Source: an uncultured Clostridia bacterium (GTDB lineage Bacteria; Bacillota; Clostridia; Christensenellales; UBA1242). Taken from it: a stretch of DNA of 29,461 nt. The notes beneath the pieces are model-generated. The model saw only the letters and a list, made by a program, of their open reading frames with translations, had not been told where the DNA came from and searched no databases. Every line of letters begins with the position of its first letter. Position 1 is the first letter of the stretch. The position numbers and the translations under genes were made by a program. Below, in pieces: positions 27,068 to 29,461 of the stretch. The stretch covers positions 1-29,461 of the forward strand of contig CALVZT010000001.1 of assembly GCA_944372595.1 (NCBI GenBank), given 5' to 3'.

Positions 27068-29461
27068 TTATCCCTCCATTGTTCCATTTGTAATTTCGAT
27101 TATGTAATTATTTTCAGTAAATGCATTGGTTTCTATTGTCAAATTTGCATTTTCACAATTCCATTTTGTCAAAATAATTTTACCTTGCTTGTCACCTTCA
27201 TTAGTATTATTTATACCACTATTAGCAAAACTATTTTCTTTTAATGTCCATCCGTTTAATCCAGACGTTCCTAAATCATTACCGAATACAACTTCATTAA
27301 GAGTAGAAATTTCAGCAAAAGCGTAAGCTTCAACAATGGTTGTTTTGTCGTCATACATATTATCAAGTGCCACATTAACTAATCCTGTTTTGTAGAAAGC
27401 ATATTCTCCAATGCGATTAATTTTTGTGGTATATTCTTCGTCTTGGGTTCTCATAAAGTCAATACCAACAAGATTAGTACATTCTTCAAACGCATGTGCT
27501 TTTATCTCAGTAATACTTCCAGAGAAGTAAACATATTCTAACGTTTTAATTCCAAAGAATGCACCTTCATCTATATATGCAACATTGTCTGAGAAAATTA
27601 ATGTGCTTCCATCTGTTTCATCCCAACTTGGATAAGTAAGAGCAGTGTTTCTAAATGCATATTTGCCAAAGTGAGTTAACTCAGTATTATTCAAGGTTAC
27701 ATTTGCTAAATTTGTACAACCATCAAACATATAATCAGTAAGATTTGGAACAAGATTTAATGTAACAGTTTTTAATGCTGTATTTTCTTTGAATAGTCCA
27801 GTACCAATTTTATTTTCAATTAATAAACTATCTTTTAAAGCATTGATATTAACCATAGTGAATGTAGTTCTTGCAAATGCTTCGTTACCAATTGTTGCAT
27901 CATCAATTAATTCAAATGAGAATTCACCAACTGATTCAGCTTTGGTATTAAATGCTTGTATTGAACTTCCATCAAAAGCATTATTACCAATTACTGATAT
28001 ATTATTTTGCTCAGTTACTATAACATATTGCAATTGAGAAGTACCAGCAAAAGCACTTTCTTCAATAGTAGTAATGGTATTAGGTATAACAATATTTTGT
28101 ATGCTAGTATTATTTTTAAATGCATTTGCAGAAATTTTTATTACATTGTATGAGAATATAGTTTGTGGAATAGTAACAGTGTCTTCTACAACTGCTCCAT
28201 CAACAATTCCAGTAATACCTACACCAATAGTAACATCGTCAAGATTTTTAATTTCTTCGTATGCAAATATAGTATAAACAGGATAAACTTTCACATTATT
28301 GGCAGGCATGCTTTCAATAGTATTATTAAGAATTTGTTCTCCACCTTCATATTGCCAGCCTATAAAATTATATCCTTCCATCTCAAATATATCGGTTCTA
28401 AGAGTAACTTTTGAACCAAATTTATGAGTTTCTTGTTGGGTAATCTCTTTACCTTGTCCATCATAACCAATTACATATATAACTTGATAATCTTTTGGAA
28501 CAACATTAATTACAACGTTTACTGGATTAATTACATTTGTAAAGTTAATTGTTTCAGTCAAGCCATAATTTACTTCATTATAAATTAATTCGGTAACTTC
28601 ATAACCTTCTTGTAATGCCCCGGTAATTAATGCCTTTTCTTCATCTGTTATTACAAATTCAAGGTTTTGTCCATAACTTACTTCTCTACTAAATAATTCT
28701 TCTCCATTGAACAAGAAAGATACTTTATTAACCGTAAGAGAAGTTTTTGCGTATAATTCTTTTGTATATGTTTCTTTACCAGTACCAAAGAATGCTTCAT
28801 CAAGCACAACACTTGTTCCTAGTGCTTCTCCAGTATAATCTGCATTATCGTACCAACCATCAAACACATATCTATCAGAATTAATATATTGTGATACTAA
28901 TTCATTTAAGTTAAGAGTGTCGCCAAATTTTTTGGATATCGTTTGTTGTGCAGGCTCTCCATTTGCATCACTATAATTGATTGTAATTGTTGCAGGTTTT
29001 CCTTCGTAAACAGGAGTTAATGAGTAATTTTTGTTTGCGTCAACCTCTTGTCCAGCGGTATAAGTTGTATTCCCATCGCTCCAACCTTTGAAAATGTAAC
29101 CAGTTTTATCAATTTCATCAGGAATTGTAAACTTAACGCCTTCGTTATATTGTTTTGTGATTTCAATTACTTGACCTTCGGCATTTGTATAACTCATCAC
29201 AAAATCTTTATTTCTCCACACTGGATACAATACAACTTCGTTTTCTGTCCAATCAATTGCATAAGATTGATTTGCTTGATAAGTAACATCTTCTATGGTG
29301 TTTGCGCTAGTTAAGTTTCCAGTAGGGGTATCTTTTTTCCAACCCAAGAAGTCATACAAACTTAAAATGTCATTGTTAACATTTGATAATGGTAATACTA
29401 CATTAGCGCCATATTCATAGATTCTTGTTGCACTATCATCAAGTTCATATCCACCATTATT
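27068..29461 (-). CDS. Large surface protein with InlB B-repeats (Flg_new type) and C-terminal BspA-type leucine-rich repeats; 5' end beyond the window
   Basis: The frame stays open to the window edge (NNGGYELDDSATRIYEYGANVVLP...LYDFLGW). Repeated GY.F.GW units (FLGW, FKGW, FDGW, FIGW) are followed by LRR_5-like units (IPNTITTIEESAF, I..IGNNAF, V..IDEGAF, ITEIKAHAFEECTNL). Confidence 0.9.
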   Translation of the reverse strand, partial: NNGGYELDDSATRIYEYGANVVLPLSNVNNDILSLYDFLGWKKDTPTGNLTSANTIEDVTYQANQSYAIDWTENEVVLYPVWRNKDFVMSYTNAEGQVIEITKQYNEGVKFTIPDEIDKTGYIFKGWSDGNTTYTAGQEVDANKNYSLTPVYEGKPATITINYSDANGEPAQQTISKKFGDTLNLNELVSQYINSDRYVFDGWYDNADYTGEALGTSVVLDEAFFGTGKETYTKELYAKTSLTVNKVSFLFNGEELFSREVSYGQNLEFVITDEEKALITGALQEGYEVTELIYNEVNYGLTETINFTNVINPVNVVINVVPKDYQVIYVIGYDGQGKEITQQETHKFGSKVTLRTDIFEMEGYNFIGWQYEGGEQILNNTIESMPANNVKVYPVYTIFAYEEIKNLDDVTIGVGITGIVDGAVVEDTVTIPQTIFSYNVIKISANAFKNNTSIQNIVIPNTITTIEESAFAGTSQLQYVIVTEQNNISVIGNNAFDGSSIQAFNTKAESVGEFSFELIDDATIGNEAFARTTFTMVNINALKDSLLIENKIGTGLFKENTALKTVTLNLVPNLTDYMFDGCTNLANVTLNNTELTHFGKYAFRNTALTYPSWDETDGSTLIFSDNVAYIDEGAFFGIKTLEYVYFSGSITEIKAHAFEECTNLVGIDFMRTQDEEYTTKINRIGEYAFYKTGLVNVALDNMYDDKTTIVEAYAFAEISTLNEVVFGNDLGTSGLNGWTLKENSFANSGINNTNEGDKQGKIILTKWNCENANLTIETNAFTENNYIIEITNGTMEG

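Noticed and set aside
1-29461. CRISPR arrays, rRNA/tRNA genes, prophage, IS or integrase genes
   Set aside because: I saw no regularly spaced direct repeats, cloverleaf or rRNA-like segments, or recombinase/transposase motifs; the window is almost entirely covered by the listed CDSs.

Overview
A 29.5-kb, AT-rich chromosomal window from a low-GC Bacillota, probably an uncultured spore-forming Clostridia (m-DAP-type MurE, SpoVD-like PBP, a sigmaK-like promoter). From left to right it holds: (1) the 5' part of a dcw cluster on the minus strand (mraZ-rsmH-ftsL-like-spoVD/ftsI-murE-mraY-murD, with murD cut by the window edge) and three 10-bp-spaced MraZ boxes; (2) a metallophosphoesterase plus GT4 glycosyltransferase pair; (3) tig-clpP-clpX-engB; (4) a stand-alone Cys-rich gene behind a sigmaK-consensus promoter, a probable spore coat protein; (5) a minus-strand operon of MacB-like ABC fusion, MBL hydrolase, sepF, lspA, rluD and two small membrane proteins; (6) a tightly coupled five-gene minus-strand unit of SDR, SAM-methyltransferase-like, atypical soluble DAC (DisA_N-fold) protein, 403-aa helical HEPN-like protein and YgjV membrane protein; (7) a 47-aa Cys-rich zinc-ribbon ORF missed by the ORF track, a membrane-anchored tandem DUF1508 protein, a second RluA-family enzyme, an acidic membrane-anchored protein, and the 3' part of a large B-repeat/BspA-LRR surface protein. 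I saw no rRNA, tRNA, CRISPR array, transposase or integrase. The most interesting element is the DAC-like/HEPN-like pair joined by an ATGA overlap (20163-22405), a candidate nucleotide-signalling or defence module. All family calls come from reading motifs by eye; no database searches were run.
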